Shown here: one piece after another, positions 18,093 through 27,990 of the stretch
Numbering within the stretch: position 1 is the first letter of the stretch
Layout of the letters: every line of letters starts with the position of its first letter
From: Candidatus Microgenomatus sp.
GTDB lineage: Bacteria > Patescibacteriota > Microgenomatia > UBA1400 > PJMF01
NCBI GenBank assembly: GCA_020724725.1
Contig: DYGL01000001.1
Location: 1-60,586 of the forward strand
Direction: 5' to 3'
Length of the DNA: 60,586 nucleotides
Position numbers and translations under genes: made by a program
The notes under the pieces: generated by a model
Database searches by the model: none
Told to the model about the DNA's origin: nothing
What the model saw: only the letters and a program-made list of their open reading frames with translations

Positions 18093-19040
18093 TTAAAGCA
18101 CGTAGCAATCTTTAACTTTAGATCTTAATTGCTCAAGTTTCTCAATTTCTTCAAACTCATCTTTACTGAATTTAACCAACACCACTTCCACTCCAAAACT
18201 CTTGAGGATTTCCAAGCCATCTAGAACCGCATAGCCTTTGGCGTAATAAACTCTTTTGATGCCTGCGACAGCAATTTGCTTGGCACAAACTGGGCAAGGA
18301 AAAGTGGTCACAAACATCTCCGCTCCAGCCAAAGCAAGACCTCTTTTGGCAGCTAGAGCAATTAGATTAGCCTCTGCATGAATTGAGCTACTAAAATCAG
18401 CGCCTACTCCAGATGAAAATGAGATGCGTGGGTCACCATTTTTGTACTGTTGATCGGGGCTTGGCAAGTGTTCATTAGAGCCAAGGGAAATAATTTGTCC
18501 ATCTTTAACAATAACACTGCCTACATGGCGCCACCAATCACTACTTAGACCAGCTGCTTGAAAAGCCTGAGTCATGGTTTGACGAGCGAAATCATCTTTA
18601 GTAATGATCACATCTGGCGAAACTTCTTTCTGCTCGCTCATCAGGTTTTTATCCCAACGTAAAAAAATTGGCTCAAAGATTTTTTCTTCCACATTGGCAA
18701 AAAAATGTTCAGCCAAAAAATGACCAATGTCATCATTGGTAAAAATCAGTTGAAATTTTTCGGGTGCATTGATAGTTGATTTTAATGAGTAAATAATTTT
18801 ATCTATATCATTAATTTTAATTGATTTAACAATCTCAAATATATCAAATGATTTGATGGCCTGCTGGGCTTTGGAGACACTCAAAACCCGAATGTCTTTT
18901 TTGAGATATTCTAACTCTTCAAAAGCCAACAACTCTTCTCTGTTGATTAAATAAAGAGTAGCGCCAGCATATTTGGCAAAAAACTCTTCATAGCCACGAT
19001 GTAAAACTGGCACATAAGCAAAGAGAATTTGTTTGGTCAT
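18093..19040 (-). CDS. dCMP/CMP deaminase with uncharacterised N-terminal domain
   Basis: The C-terminal ~165 aa carries HAEANLI and PCPVCAKQI zinc motifs. The N-terminal ~150 aa (AYVPVLHRGYEEFF...) is unassigned. Confidence 0.8.
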   Translation of the reverse strand: MTKQILFAYVPVLHRGYEEFFAKYAGATLYLINREELLAFEELEYLKKDIRVLSVSKAQQAIKSFDIFEIVKSIKINDIDKIIYSLKSTINAPEKFQLIFTNDDIGHFLAEHFFANVEEKIFEPIFLRWDKNLMSEQKEVSPDVIITKDDFARQTMTQAFQAAGLSSDWWRHVGSVIVKDGQIISLGSNEHLPSPDQQYKNGDPRISFSSGVGADFSSSIHAEANLIALAAKRGLALAGAEMFVTTFPCPVCAKQIAVAGIKRVYYAKGYAVLDGLEILKSFGVEVVLVKFSKDEFEEIEKLEQLRSKVKDCYVL

Positions 19041-19051
19041 ATGTCCTTACA

Positions 19052-19615
19052 TCAAGAAGTTCTTAGTTCTTCCAAAACTTCTTCAATACTTTTAATCAAT
19101 TTGCTCTTCATGCGATCTTCAAACTTACGAGCAGTGTTCATTTGCATTAAACGAATTTTGGCTGTTGTTGAAGTAGTGGCCATAGGATCAAGCACCACCA
19201 CCTTGCCACAAATTTTCTCCAAAGTTTTAATCGTTTTTTCATCATAAGTTTGGGCAGTTGCAATTAAAACATCTGGCTTGATCAATTTAATCAAATTAAA
19301 CTTGGCTTCACCAGCTTCCTTAAGCACTACATAATCAACACTACGTAAATGCATGAGCATTTCCATGCGCTCGTCTTCAGGCACAATGGGACGATTCGGA
19401 CCTTTTCGCTGACGAACCTTTTCATCACTATCTACTCCGACAATCAAAACATCACCATACTCTCTAGCCTTAGCGCAATAACGAGCGTGTCCGATATGAA
19501 CCAAGTCAAAAGAACCTTGGGTCAAAACAATCTTTTTCTTTTGCTCACGTAGTTGCTTGACAATCGGCTCAATGTCAGTAGCTTGAAGAATAATTCTGCC
19601 ATGTAAATTGGTCAT
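19052..19615 (-). CDS. cytidylyl/adenylyltransferase-family protein (HxGH nucleotidyltransferase)
   Basis: Motifs GSFDLVHIGHARY and VGVDSDE. It resembles RfaE domain II / TagD / RibL-type enzymes. Confidence 0.7.
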   Translation of the reverse strand: MTNLHGRIILQATDIEPIVKQLREQKKKIVLTQGSFDLVHIGHARYCAKAREYGDVLIVGVDSDEKVRQRKGPNRPIVPEDERMEMLMHLRSVDYVVLKEAGEAKFNLIKLIKPDVLIATAQTYDEKTIKTLEKICGKVVVLDPMATTSTTAKIRLMQMNTARKFEDRMKSKLIKSIEEVLEELRTS

Positions 19616-20361
19616 AGTTTGTAGGGTACTTCCTGTTTAAAAGCCATTTGCTCTACTCTTGTGAGAACTTTCTGCACCATTTGTTGCTCAACTTCTGGAA
19701 AGAGCTCTAAAATTTCTTTCTGGCTTAAGTGACGATCGATTAAATAAGTCAAGACTTGATCGGCCAGCTCATAACTAAAACCAAATTCAGCTTCATCACT
19801 CTGGTTTTCCCATAAACCAGCAGAAGGAGCTTTTTGTAAAAATATTTCCGGCAAAGCCAATTCTTGAGCTAATTGTCTAACTTCGGTTTTATAAAGATGG
19901 ACCAAAGGCTCAATGTCAGAAGCAGCATCACCAAAGCGAGTGAAATAACCTAAATAATGTTCTGATTTGTTTTCCGTACCTACCACCAAAGCGTCTTTAC
20001 TTTTGGCATAGTCAAAAACTGCAATCATTCTAGTTCTAGCCATCAAATTGCCCTTTCGCACCTGATCAGCGTCCTCCACTTGCAAAGATTGACAAAGTGC
20101 ATCAACTACAGAAGCTATATTAAGAGTTTTGCGATTAGAAACAGGAAATTGCCAAAAGTCTAAAATCGCATTGGCGTCAGCCATATCTTGACGATGATAA
20201 GGTAGCAAAATAGGCCAAATTTGCTCTTTTGGCAAAGCCTTGACTAAAAGTGAAAAAGAAACCGCACTATCAATTCCTCCAGAAACAGCAATCACTGCTT
20301 GTTTTTTACCAGTAGCGAGAAAAGTCTTTTGTAAAAAATTGATAATCTCCAAAGACTGCAT
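19612..20361 (-). CDS. nadE: NH3-dependent NAD+ synthase
   Basis: PP-loop VSGGIDSAV, 249 aa, ATGA-type overlap with the upstream gene. Confidence 0.85.
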   Translation of the reverse strand: MQSLEIINFLQKTFLATGKKQAVIAVSGGIDSAVSFSLLVKALPKEQIWPILLPYHRQDMADANAILDFWQFPVSNRKTLNIASVVDALCQSLQVEDADQVRKGNLMARTRMIAVFDYAKSKDALVVGTENKSEHYLGYFTRFGDAASDIEPLVHLYKTEVRQLAQELALPEIFLQKAPSAGLWENQSDEAEFGFSYELADQVLTYLIDRHLSQKEILELFPEVEQQMVQKVLTRVEQMAFKQEVPYKL

Positions 20362-20370
20362 AAATTAATT

Positions 20371-20670
20371 CTAGCGGGCGAGGCGTTTTTTAGTTTTGCT
20401 TTTAGCTTTGACACTAGTTTGCTTGCTGGCTTGTTTTTGCCAAGTTTGATACAAGGGCTCTTGAGAGAAAAAAACCAAATAAATAATAGGCAAAATACTC
20501 ATGGTATTAAAAAGCAAAAGAGCTATAAACCAGAGGATTTGGTTGGCGCGCGCAGCGCGCCAAAGAGAAACTGCTCTCAAAACTATATCCACCAAAAAAA
20601 GAAGAAAGACAAATGAAGCTAAAATAGGGAAAATTGACCAATATTCAAAAATTTGCGTCTTAGTAAACAT
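20371..20670 (-). CDS. small membrane protein (PLD_N-like, two TM)
   Basis: Two hydrophobic helices with a W/R loop and a Lys-rich tail. It contains the in-frame GC-rich palindrome (WRAARAN). Confidence 0.5.
   Translation of the reverse strand: MFTKTQIFEYWSIFPILASFVFLLFLVDIVLRAVSLWRAARANQILWFIALLLFNTMSILPIIYLVFFSQEPLYQTWQKQASKQTSVKAKSKTKKRLAR
20544..20563. repeat. GC-rich hairpin repeat copy A (TGGCGCGCGCAGCGCGCCAA)
   Basis: Exact 20/20 match, in the same orientation, to 39143..39162. The stem is TGGCGCGC/GCGCGCCA with loop GCA. Confidence 0.9.
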
Positions 20671-20700
20671 AAATTAATTCTAGCATAATTTATGCGAAAA

Positions 20701-21009
20701 CTAGATTTTCTGCTTGATTTTGACTCCTACCATGTCGATTTGGTCAAAATCTTTTCTGGCTAATTCCCAAAATTTTTCTGATAATTTTTGAGAGTAAGTA
20801 CTAAAAACACCTCGACCCATAGCGCTGCATAAGCGACGATCGAAATCGCGAATTTTATCCACTACTTTTTGACCAACCTGATGAAAGTTGGCTTCATTGG
20901 CAGCTTTGTCTAGCTTGTAATCGTCATGAATCTTGAGAAATTCGTCAAAAAGTTGGCGATTTTCTGCCACCATTTTTTGATAATATTCTCGATATTTAGT
21001 TTGTGCCAT
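20701..21009 (-). CDS. hypothetical protein
   Basis: 102-aa helical ORF packed between nadD and the small membrane protein. Confidence 0.45.
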   Translation of the reverse strand: MAQTKYREYYQKMVAENRQLFDEFLKIHDDYKLDKAANEANFHQVGQKVVDKIRDFDRRLCSAMGRGVFSTYSQKLSEKFWELARKDFDQIDMVGVKIKQKI

Positions 21010-21010
21010 A

Positions 21011-21619
21011 TCAATCCTCGATAAAAAGTTTATTAGCCTTAATGTATGTAATTACTTTATCATCTAGCAAACCCTTTAGGCTAGACTTTTGGGCTAAAGC
21101 TTGGCGAACTTTTGTTGAAGAAACTGCCATTTGTGGAAAGTCTGTCAAAGCAATCATGCCTTGCAAAATGGGTTGCAAAGGAAACCCTAGTCTAGGATAT
21201 ACATAGAAAGGATATTTGCTCAACATAGTTTCGTAGTGGTGCCAGAGTTGAAATTTGGCAAGATTGTCTGAACCGATGAGAAAAGAAAAGTTTCTATCTT
21301 GATGTTTGGCTGATAAAGCTTCTAAGGTGTTAAAGGTTTGACTTTCTTCGGCCCTACCTAATTCATAAGTCTCCAGGAAAATTTTTCCCACCAAAGCTGG
21401 ATTTTTAGCAACAAGACTTTCAATCATTAATTCAAGCATGGCTAAGCGATGCTTTTGATCAACAAATTGTTTGGCAAAGCTATGTTTGCCAACTGGCAAA
21501 ATCCAAACCTGATCTACTGTACTGCCATCCGGCAAAGATTTGCTTAAAACCTGCTCAACCATTAATTGATGACCAAGATGTGGAGGATTAAATGTGCCGC
21601 CAAAAACTAAAACTTTCAT
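21011..21619 (-). CDS. nadD: nicotinate-nucleotide adenylyltransferase
   Basis: GGTFNPPHLGH motif. The start overlaps the topA stop (ATGA). Confidence 0.85.
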   Translation of the reverse strand: MKVLVFGGTFNPPHLGHQLMVEQVLSKSLPDGSTVDQVWILPVGKHSFAKQFVDQKHRLAMLELMIESLVAKNPALVGKIFLETYELGRAEESQTFNTLEALSAKHQDRNFSFLIGSDNLAKFQLWHHYETMLSKYPFYVYPRLGFPLQPILQGMIALTDFPQMAVSSTKVRQALAQKSSLKGLLDDKVITYIKANKLFIED

Positions 21620-23823
21620 GATTTGGATTTTTTTCCTACAGTTTTTTTGGTTTTAGAAGCTTTTTTGGCAGTGGTTTTTTTAGCGCCAGTTTTTGCTTTA
21701 CTTGACTTCGGCTCAGTTGGTTTTTTATTTTTATTCATCTTGGCTTTCCACTCTTCTCTCTTGCGCTTCATTTCTTCCCACTCAGCTTGAGTCAATTTAT
21801 AATTTTGTTCTGGTTTTTTCCAAGAAGCAAAATCGCACTTTGGATAGAGAGAGCAGCCATAAAATGGCTTGCCCCATCTAGTGTTTTTGACCACCACATC
21901 TCCTGAACCACATAGTGGGCAATGTTGATCCGGCAAAGTCTCAACGATATTCTTGGTAAACTTACAATCTGGAAAACGACTACAACTTTTGAATTTGCCA
22001 AAACGACCAGAACGGATTACTACTTCACCTTCATTGCATTCTGGACAAGTTTCGCCAGTTTTTTCTACCGGAACCTGAACTCGATCTGCCACATCAGTTA
22101 CTTCACCAATTTTTTTGGCCAGAGGCTTATAAAACAAGTCAATAATCGCCACCCAATCTTTTTCACCCAAAGCAATTAAATCTAGATCCTCTTCCATTGA
22201 AGCAGTGAAATCATAATCCATAAAATTGGCAAAATGCTCAACCAAAAAATCACAAACAGTAATTCCAATAGCCGTCGCAAAAAACTTCTTTTGAACACGC
22301 TCTACATAAGCGCGGTCAACAATTACAGAAATAATTGAAGCGTAAGTACTAGGACGGCCGATGCCTCTTTTTTCCAATTCTTTAACCAGAGAAGCGTCGT
22401 TGTATCTGGGCGGAGCCTGAGTAAATTTCTGCAAGGCAATCTGATCAAGACGAGATAAATCATCTTTTTCCTTTAAATCTGGTAAGATTTGATCAGCTGC
22501 CAGATTAAATAGTTTGCGCCAGCCATCGAAACGAACTACCGAGCCACTACTACGCAACGAATACTTATTGGCAGCATCCTGACTCTCAGCTTTGACCAAA
22601 ATGGTGGTCTGATCATAAATTGCTGCATTCATTTGCGAAGCCAAGAATCTGCGCCAAATTAGGTCGTAAAGCTTGGCATGTTGCTCAGTCAAAGAAGCTC
22701 CCTTGCTTAAAACAGTGTTTTGATCTATGGCCAAATCAGTCACGCGAATTGCTTCGTGAGCTTCTTGAGCGTTTTTGGATTTTTTGGCAAAAATTCTCGC
22801 TTTATCTGGCAAATAATCCTTGCCAAAATTCTGCAAAATGTATTCTCTAGCCTTATCTAAAGCCGAAGTAGAAAGGTTGAAAGAATCTGTACGATGGTAA
22901 GTTATCAAACCTTCTTCATAAAGTCTCTGCGCTAGACTCATAGTCTGCTTGGCTGAAAAACCAAAACTAGTAGCAGCAGCTTGTTGTAAAAGTGAAGTGG
23001 TAAAAGGAGGCAAACTTTGACGATTACGTTGAGTTTTTTCGACACTGCTGACAACATAACTAGCTCCCAACAAATCTTGGCTAATTTTATCTGCTTTATC
23101 CCCATCCTTAATAACTGCTTTTTTATCTCCTATTTTGTCTAAGCTGGCAATAAAAATATTGGGGTTCAAATTATCTTGAGATTTACCTTCCTTATCAAAA
23201 ATTTTTTGCTCTTTAAGTAAACCTTTTTTGCTTAAAGCCACCGACAACTCCCAAAACTCTTCTGGTTTAAAAGCAGAGATTTCTTTTTCTCTCTCAACAA
23301 TTAAACGCAAAGCAACTGATTGCACGCGTCCAGCAGACAAGCCACGACGAATTTTTTTCCATAAAACTGGTGAGACTTGGTAGCCTACCAAACGATCCAA
23401 AACACGTCTGGCTTGTTGAGCATTAACTAAGTTCAAATTCAACTTACTAGGCTTGTTTATGGCTTCTTGAACAGCTGATTTGGTAATTTCATGAAATGTA
23501 GAGCGATAAAATTTGTTCTTGCTTTTAGCATCCGTTAATAAAAATTGAATATGCCAAGCAATCGCCTCTCCCTCGCGATCAGGGTCAGTAGCCAAATAAA
23601 TTTTGTCAGCACTCTTGGCTAGTTTACGTAAATTGGCGACTACCTTTTTCTTATCACTACTAACTTCATAAACTGGCTGATAATGATTCTCCAAATCAAT
23701 TCCTAAGTTCTTTTTAGGCAAGTCACGCACGTGTCCAACAGAAGCCTCGATCGTATACTTGCTACCTAAATAATCCTTAAGTTTTCTTGCTTTGGTGGGT
23801 GATTCAACGATGACTAAATCCAT
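21616..23823 (-). CDS. topA: DNA topoisomerase I
   Basis: Toprim (VIVESPTKA, DPDREGE), catalytic Tyr region (ITYHRTDS), C-terminal C4 zinc ribbons and a Lys-rich tail. Start set at MDLVIVE. Confidence 0.95.
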   Translation of the reverse strand: MDLVIVESPTKARKLKDYLGSKYTIEASVGHVRDLPKKNLGIDLENHYQPVYEVSSDKKKVVANLRKLAKSADKIYLATDPDREGEAIAWHIQFLLTDAKSKNKFYRSTFHEITKSAVQEAINKPSKLNLNLVNAQQARRVLDRLVGYQVSPVLWKKIRRGLSAGRVQSVALRLIVEREKEISAFKPEEFWELSVALSKKGLLKEQKIFDKEGKSQDNLNPNIFIASLDKIGDKKAVIKDGDKADKISQDLLGASYVVSSVEKTQRNRQSLPPFTTSLLQQAAATSFGFSAKQTMSLAQRLYEEGLITYHRTDSFNLSTSALDKAREYILQNFGKDYLPDKARIFAKKSKNAQEAHEAIRVTDLAIDQNTVLSKGASLTEQHAKLYDLIWRRFLASQMNAAIYDQTTILVKAESQDAANKYSLRSSGSVVRFDGWRKLFNLAADQILPDLKEKDDLSRLDQIALQKFTQAPPRYNDASLVKELEKRGIGRPSTYASIISVIVDRAYVERVQKKFFATAIGITVCDFLVEHFANFMDYDFTASMEEDLDLIALGEKDWVAIIDLFYKPLAKKIGEVTDVADRVQVPVEKTGETCPECNEGEVVIRSGRFGKFKSCSRFPDCKFTKNIVETLPDQHCPLCGSGDVVVKNTRWGKPFYGCSLYPKCDFASWKKPEQNYKLTQAEWEEMKRKREEWKAKMNKNKKPTEPKSSKAKTGAKKTTAKKASKTKKTVGKKSKS

Positions 23824-23875
23824 AATTTTATTTTTCCTACAAAAAATGTGCAACAGTTGCCCATTCTAACGGCAC

Positions 23876-25030
23876 TCAACTAACTAAGCAATATTTGCCC
23901 CATTTTTTGCTAATTTTACCTTGTAATTCTAGGTCGAATAAGAGCTGATTAAGTTTTTCTTGATCAAAACCAGTATTTTGCTCCAATTCGCTTAAGCTCA
24001 GTTCAGGATAAAAACTCAAATGCTCTAAAACAGTTTTAGCTTGGACCGACTGTTTAAAACCTGAAGAATCAAATTGATCATTCAAAGCATTTCCCCCATT
24101 CACTCCAAGCTCCGATAAAATATCAAAAGCGTTATTAACCAAAATCGCTCCTTGATTAATGAGGTCTTTGGCACCAACACTAAAAGGATTGTTGATTGGA
24201 CCAGGCACAGCCATAACTAAGCGTCCATAATCATTGGCGTAACTTGCCGTGATATGAGAACCACTGCGCCTAGCTGCTTCGATCACGAGGGTCGCTTTAG
24301 ACAGGCCAGCCACAATGCGATTGCGCATAACAAAATTGGCTGGGCGAGCTGCAATTTCTGGAGGAAATTCGCTTAAAAAGATAGCTCCTCTTTGCAAAAA
24401 TTCTTGCATTATTTTTAGTTGGCTTTTTGGAAAGCAGTGATCAAAACCAAAACCAAGTACGGCAATGGTCTGACCATGACAATCAAGGGCCATTTGAGCA
24501 GCTAAAAGATCAACCCCATACATGAAGCCAGAAACTACACTTTGCTTGGCTTCAATTAAGGAAGGAATGATTTGTCTGATCACCAGTCGGCCATAATTGG
24601 TCATTTTTCGCGTACCAACTACAGAAATTGTCTGAGCAAAAGTGTTTTGCCAAGCTTCGCTACCAACTTTTATCAAGCTTTTGACAAAGAGAACAGTTGG
24701 AAAGTCTTCGCTAGCCAACAAAAGCTTGGGATAGCTTTTATCCTGAAAAGAAAGCAGTTGCAAACCCGAAGCCTCAAGCTTTTCCAAATTGTCTAGTAAA
24801 CTGTGTGCTATTTTAAATTTTTTGATCGATTCCACAATCTTTTCAGATAAAGAAATTTTTTGCCAAATTTGATTTTTGTTGGCCCAAAACTCATCATCGC
24901 TTAGTTGATATTTTTGGCAAATTTTTAAAATTTTGAGACTAGTACGAGCGCCTACTCCAGTCACAGAATTTAGAGCAACTAGAAAAGCTAAGCGCTTACG
25001 AGAAACCAAGTGAAAATGATTATTTGACAT
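23876..25030 (-). CDS. dprA: DNA processing protein DprA (Smf)
   Basis: N-terminal SAM/HhH-like region, a Rossmann core (VVSGFMYGVDLLAAQ, RSGSHITA, AVPGPI) and a C-terminal winged-helix-like tail. Confidence 0.85.
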   Translation of the reverse strand: MSNNHFHLVSRKRLAFLVALNSVTGVGARTSLKILKICQKYQLSDDEFWANKNQIWQKISLSEKIVESIKKFKIAHSLLDNLEKLEASGLQLLSFQDKSYPKLLLASEDFPTVLFVKSLIKVGSEAWQNTFAQTISVVGTRKMTNYGRLVIRQIIPSLIEAKQSVVSGFMYGVDLLAAQMALDCHGQTIAVLGFGFDHCFPKSQLKIMQEFLQRGAIFLSEFPPEIAARPANFVMRNRIVAGLSKATLVIEAARRSGSHITASYANDYGRLVMAVPGPINNPFSVGAKDLINQGAILVNNAFDILSELGVNGGNALNDQFDSSGFKQSVQAKTVLEHLSFYPELSLSELEQNTGFDQEKLNQLLFDLELQGKISKKWGKYCLVS

Positions 25031-25075
25031 TTCACTGCTGATTATCCATCAACTAGTTTGCAAAAAGCGTGATTT

Positions 25076-26881
25076 TTAGAAAATTCCTTTAATAATGGAG
25101 GCGATGACCGGAGCTGCGTCTTGAGAGCCTTCTGAGTAGATTTTCTCACCATCACTTTCAACCAAAACAGTGATGATTAACTTATCTGGGAAACCTTGTT
25201 CCTTAATAAGTTTTTGCCAATTCGACTTGAGAATATTTTCTTCGCCTTCTACTGGAGAGATTTTTTCTTTATCTATACCAACGATTGCCGTCGTCCAAGC
25301 ATGGGTTTTGCGATAACCTCTTTCATCTGCAGCTCCAAATTCAGCTGTTCCAGTTTTACAAGCAATCATACCCTGACTGATTTGCTCGCTAGCTGACAAA
25401 CTAGGATCCAAGTTGACCAAAATTTGTGCGTTATGAGGAAATAAAGGATAAGCAGTTCCACCCTGACTACAAGCAGCGATCATTCCTTGGAGAACTATTT
25501 CTAAATATTGATCTTCAATTCCCAAATCTCGACAATTTTGCTTAACTGTTGACAAAAGTGAACTTTGACAAAGTTGACCATGATTGGCCAAAGCTTGAGT
25601 CATACTAGCAACTTGAATTGGCGTAACTAGAAGATCACCTTGGCCAATGCCAAAATGATAAGTGTTGCCTAAATACCAATTCTCTCCTCTAGTAAATTCT
25701 TTCCATTTGGGATCGGGAACCAAGCCAGCAAGTTCTTGACCCAACTGCAAACCAGTGGGACTGCCAAAACCAAATAAGCGAGCATATTCTGCCAACTTGT
25801 TTGGACCAAGCCACTCAGCGGCCTTATAAAAAAAGATGTCATTACTGCGAGCCAAAGCCTTTTTAACATCAACTACGCCCTCTGTTCTGCCATATTGGGT
25901 GAAATACCAGTTAGCATATTCAAAATCACCCACTTTCAAAGTTCCCTGATCATCAACTGTGGTGTTTTCCTCAATTGCTCCTTCCTGTAAAGCTGCTACG
26001 GCGGTAACCAACTTAAAAACTGACCCAGGAGGATAAGCTCCAGAAATACTGCGATTAAAAAAAACTTGATTTTCATCTTGCAAATAAGCTTGGATTTTTG
26101 TGGAACTCAAGCGTTCTCGATTGTATAAAGATTCGAGCCAATTATCTTCAAAAACATTTGGGTCAAAGCTTGGAGAACTAAGTAGACTTAGAATTTCGCC
26201 ATTTTTAGCATCCATAATAACCACTGCTCCTTTTTTACCAGCCATGGCTTGATAAGCCAAAACGCTTAGATATGGATCTAGAGAAGTTGAAATGTTGTCA
26301 CCATATTGAGCTGCCTCCAAAGAAACCAAGCGTTGTCTTTGACCAAGAGCGTTAACCTCAAATTTGTTCACTGAACCTATTGAGCGTAAGTTTTGATCAA
26401 AAAATTGCTCTAAACCCATTCTGCCAAGTCGACTATTAAGCGCTAAGTTCGGATTTTTTGCCAAATCATCAGCTGTGACTGGAGAAAGATAACCCAAGAT
26501 GGAGGCTAAAGCTTCTTTATGTGGATAATTTCTTTTAAATTCATAGCCTACGCTAGCGCTATCGCTGGCAAGCAAACGTAGAGCCTCATCCTTATCCAAA
26601 AACTCCTTATCACTATAAAAACTATCTTGATTTAGATATTTAAAATAAATTTTTTCATTACTAAGTAAAGGCTGACCATAGCGATCCAAAAAAATTGCTC
26701 TTTCAGCAACATTCTTTTTGGTAAAGTAACGGTTATTTTCAGCTAAATTGAAAAAATTCTCACCTTTAAAGATTTGTACGTCAAAAAGACGCACTAAAAG
26801 CAAGGCAAAAGTCGCCTGAAAAAACAACAATAAAAACAAAAGCTTAAGGCGCATAATTTTTGAGCTTGGTTTTGTAAACAT
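25076..26881 (-). CDS. mrdA: penicillin-binding protein 2 (class B transpeptidase)
   Basis: N-terminal TM plus SxxK (SVFK), SxN (RSND) and KTG (KTGTA). Follows mreC and the mreD-like gene. Confidence 0.85.
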   Translation of the reverse strand: MFTKPSSKIMRLKLLFLLLFFQATFALLLVRLFDVQIFKGENFFNLAENNRYFTKKNVAERAIFLDRYGQPLLSNEKIYFKYLNQDSFYSDKEFLDKDEALRLLASDSASVGYEFKRNYPHKEALASILGYLSPVTADDLAKNPNLALNSRLGRMGLEQFFDQNLRSIGSVNKFEVNALGQRQRLVSLEAAQYGDNISTSLDPYLSVLAYQAMAGKKGAVVIMDAKNGEILSLLSSPSFDPNVFEDNWLESLYNRERLSSTKIQAYLQDENQVFFNRSISGAYPPGSVFKLVTAVAALQEGAIEENTTVDDQGTLKVGDFEYANWYFTQYGRTEGVVDVKKALARSNDIFFYKAAEWLGPNKLAEYARLFGFGSPTGLQLGQELAGLVPDPKWKEFTRGENWYLGNTYHFGIGQGDLLVTPIQVASMTQALANHGQLCQSSLLSTVKQNCRDLGIEDQYLEIVLQGMIAACSQGGTAYPLFPHNAQILVNLDPSLSASEQISQGMIACKTGTAEFGAADERGYRKTHAWTTAIVGIDKEKISPVEGEENILKSNWQKLIKEQGFPDKLIITVLVESDGEKIYSEGSQDAAPVIASIIKGIF

Positions 26882-27224
26882 AAAACAAAAAAACTAAGAA
26901 ATGAAAAAAGTAAAAATAATTAAGCTGAAGTTTGCTTAAATGAAAGAAAATAATGTTGAAAATGAAAAATAGTAGCAATTTTAAAAGAGGCTTGTCATGA
27001 TATCTTTGAGCAAAGTAATGAAGGATGAGCAATAAACCAGCTATAACTGGCCAAGAGACTGTATAAAAAATTGCCAAAGCAAAAGCGATTAAAAACAGTA
27101 AAAAAATAAGGCTTTGATTGCGACGACGTTTAATTAGTTTGTAAGATATGTACAGAAAAAAGATTGGCAAGCCGACTGTGGCTTCCAAACTTAAAATAAT
27201 TATTAAAAACAAAAACATCAACAT
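26844..27224 (-). CDS. polytopic membrane protein, MreD-like by position
   Basis: Very hydrophobic 126-aa ORF between mreC and mrdA. No sequence-level proof. Confidence 0.4.
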   Translation of the reverse strand: MLMFLFLIIILSLEATVGLPIFFLYISYKLIKRRRNQSLIFLLFLIAFALAIFYTVSWPVIAGLLLILHYFAQRYHDKPLLKLLLFFIFNIIFFHLSKLQLNYFYFFHFLVFLFYVYKTKLKNYAP

Positions 27225-27228
27225 AGAT

Positions 27229-27990
27229 TTATTTAATTTCTACCAAGCCTACTTCATAAAAATTGACCAATTGTTCAACAACTGCTGTTTTGGTAGCCAA
27301 AGCTTGATTCTCAGCAGAAATGTGAGTAATTCGACCAATCAATAAACCATCTTCAATGCCCAAAGAAGCAGCGGTAAAAACCAAATCCCCTACCTCCAAA
27401 GGTTCGTTTATAGAAACTTCACTTAAAATAATCTCTCGCCCATTGCCTGCGAGTAAACCTTTAACGCCTTTATTAGTTTTCACCAAAATTGAATTGCCAT
27501 GCAATTTATTTAAAAGAGTCACTAAAGATTGTTTTTCCTCAACTGAATCGACCAGACCAAGCAGAGTTCCCTTATATAGAACTGCTGAGCCTGGTTTAAT
27601 TCCATCTTTTGCTCCGACTGCAATAAAGGTTTGAGCAAAAGAAATAATAGGGGCTGCTACAGTTACTTGATTGTAACTTCGATCACTATTTTCCAAAATT
27701 CGACGTAATTCTTGATTTTCCTTTTCCAAAGCTTCAACCTTACTAAAAGCCACGGCGGCTTCACTATAGCGATACTGTAAATCTTCTAAATTGGCTGTTA
27801 AATTCCACATTAAAGTTAAACGTTGCAAAGGATTATTAAGCTGACTCAAAACTGCGAAATTTTGTGCCTTAAGCTGATTGGCTAAGTTGCTAAACCAACT
27901 TAAATTCAAAAGACCCAAGAATTGCAAAAAAAACAAAAGTAAAATCAAGCAAAAAGCCACAATGTAATGCTTGTTTTTTTCATTCAACAT
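27229..27990 (-). CDS. mreC: rod shape-determining protein MreC
   Basis: N-terminal TM, a coiled coil (LEKENQELRRILE) and two beta-barrel-like repeats (GSAVLYKGTLLGLV; GDLVFTA...GLLIGRI). Confidence 0.75.
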   Translation of the reverse strand: MLNEKNKHYIVAFCLILLLFFLQFLGLLNLSWFSNLANQLKAQNFAVLSQLNNPLQRLTLMWNLTANLEDLQYRYSEAAVAFSKVEALEKENQELRRILENSDRSYNQVTVAAPIISFAQTFIAVGAKDGIKPGSAVLYKGTLLGLVDSVEEKQSLVTLLNKLHGNSILVKTNKGVKGLLAGNGREIILSEVSINEPLEVGDLVFTAASLGIEDGLLIGRITHISAENQALATKTAVVEQLVNFYEVGLVEIK

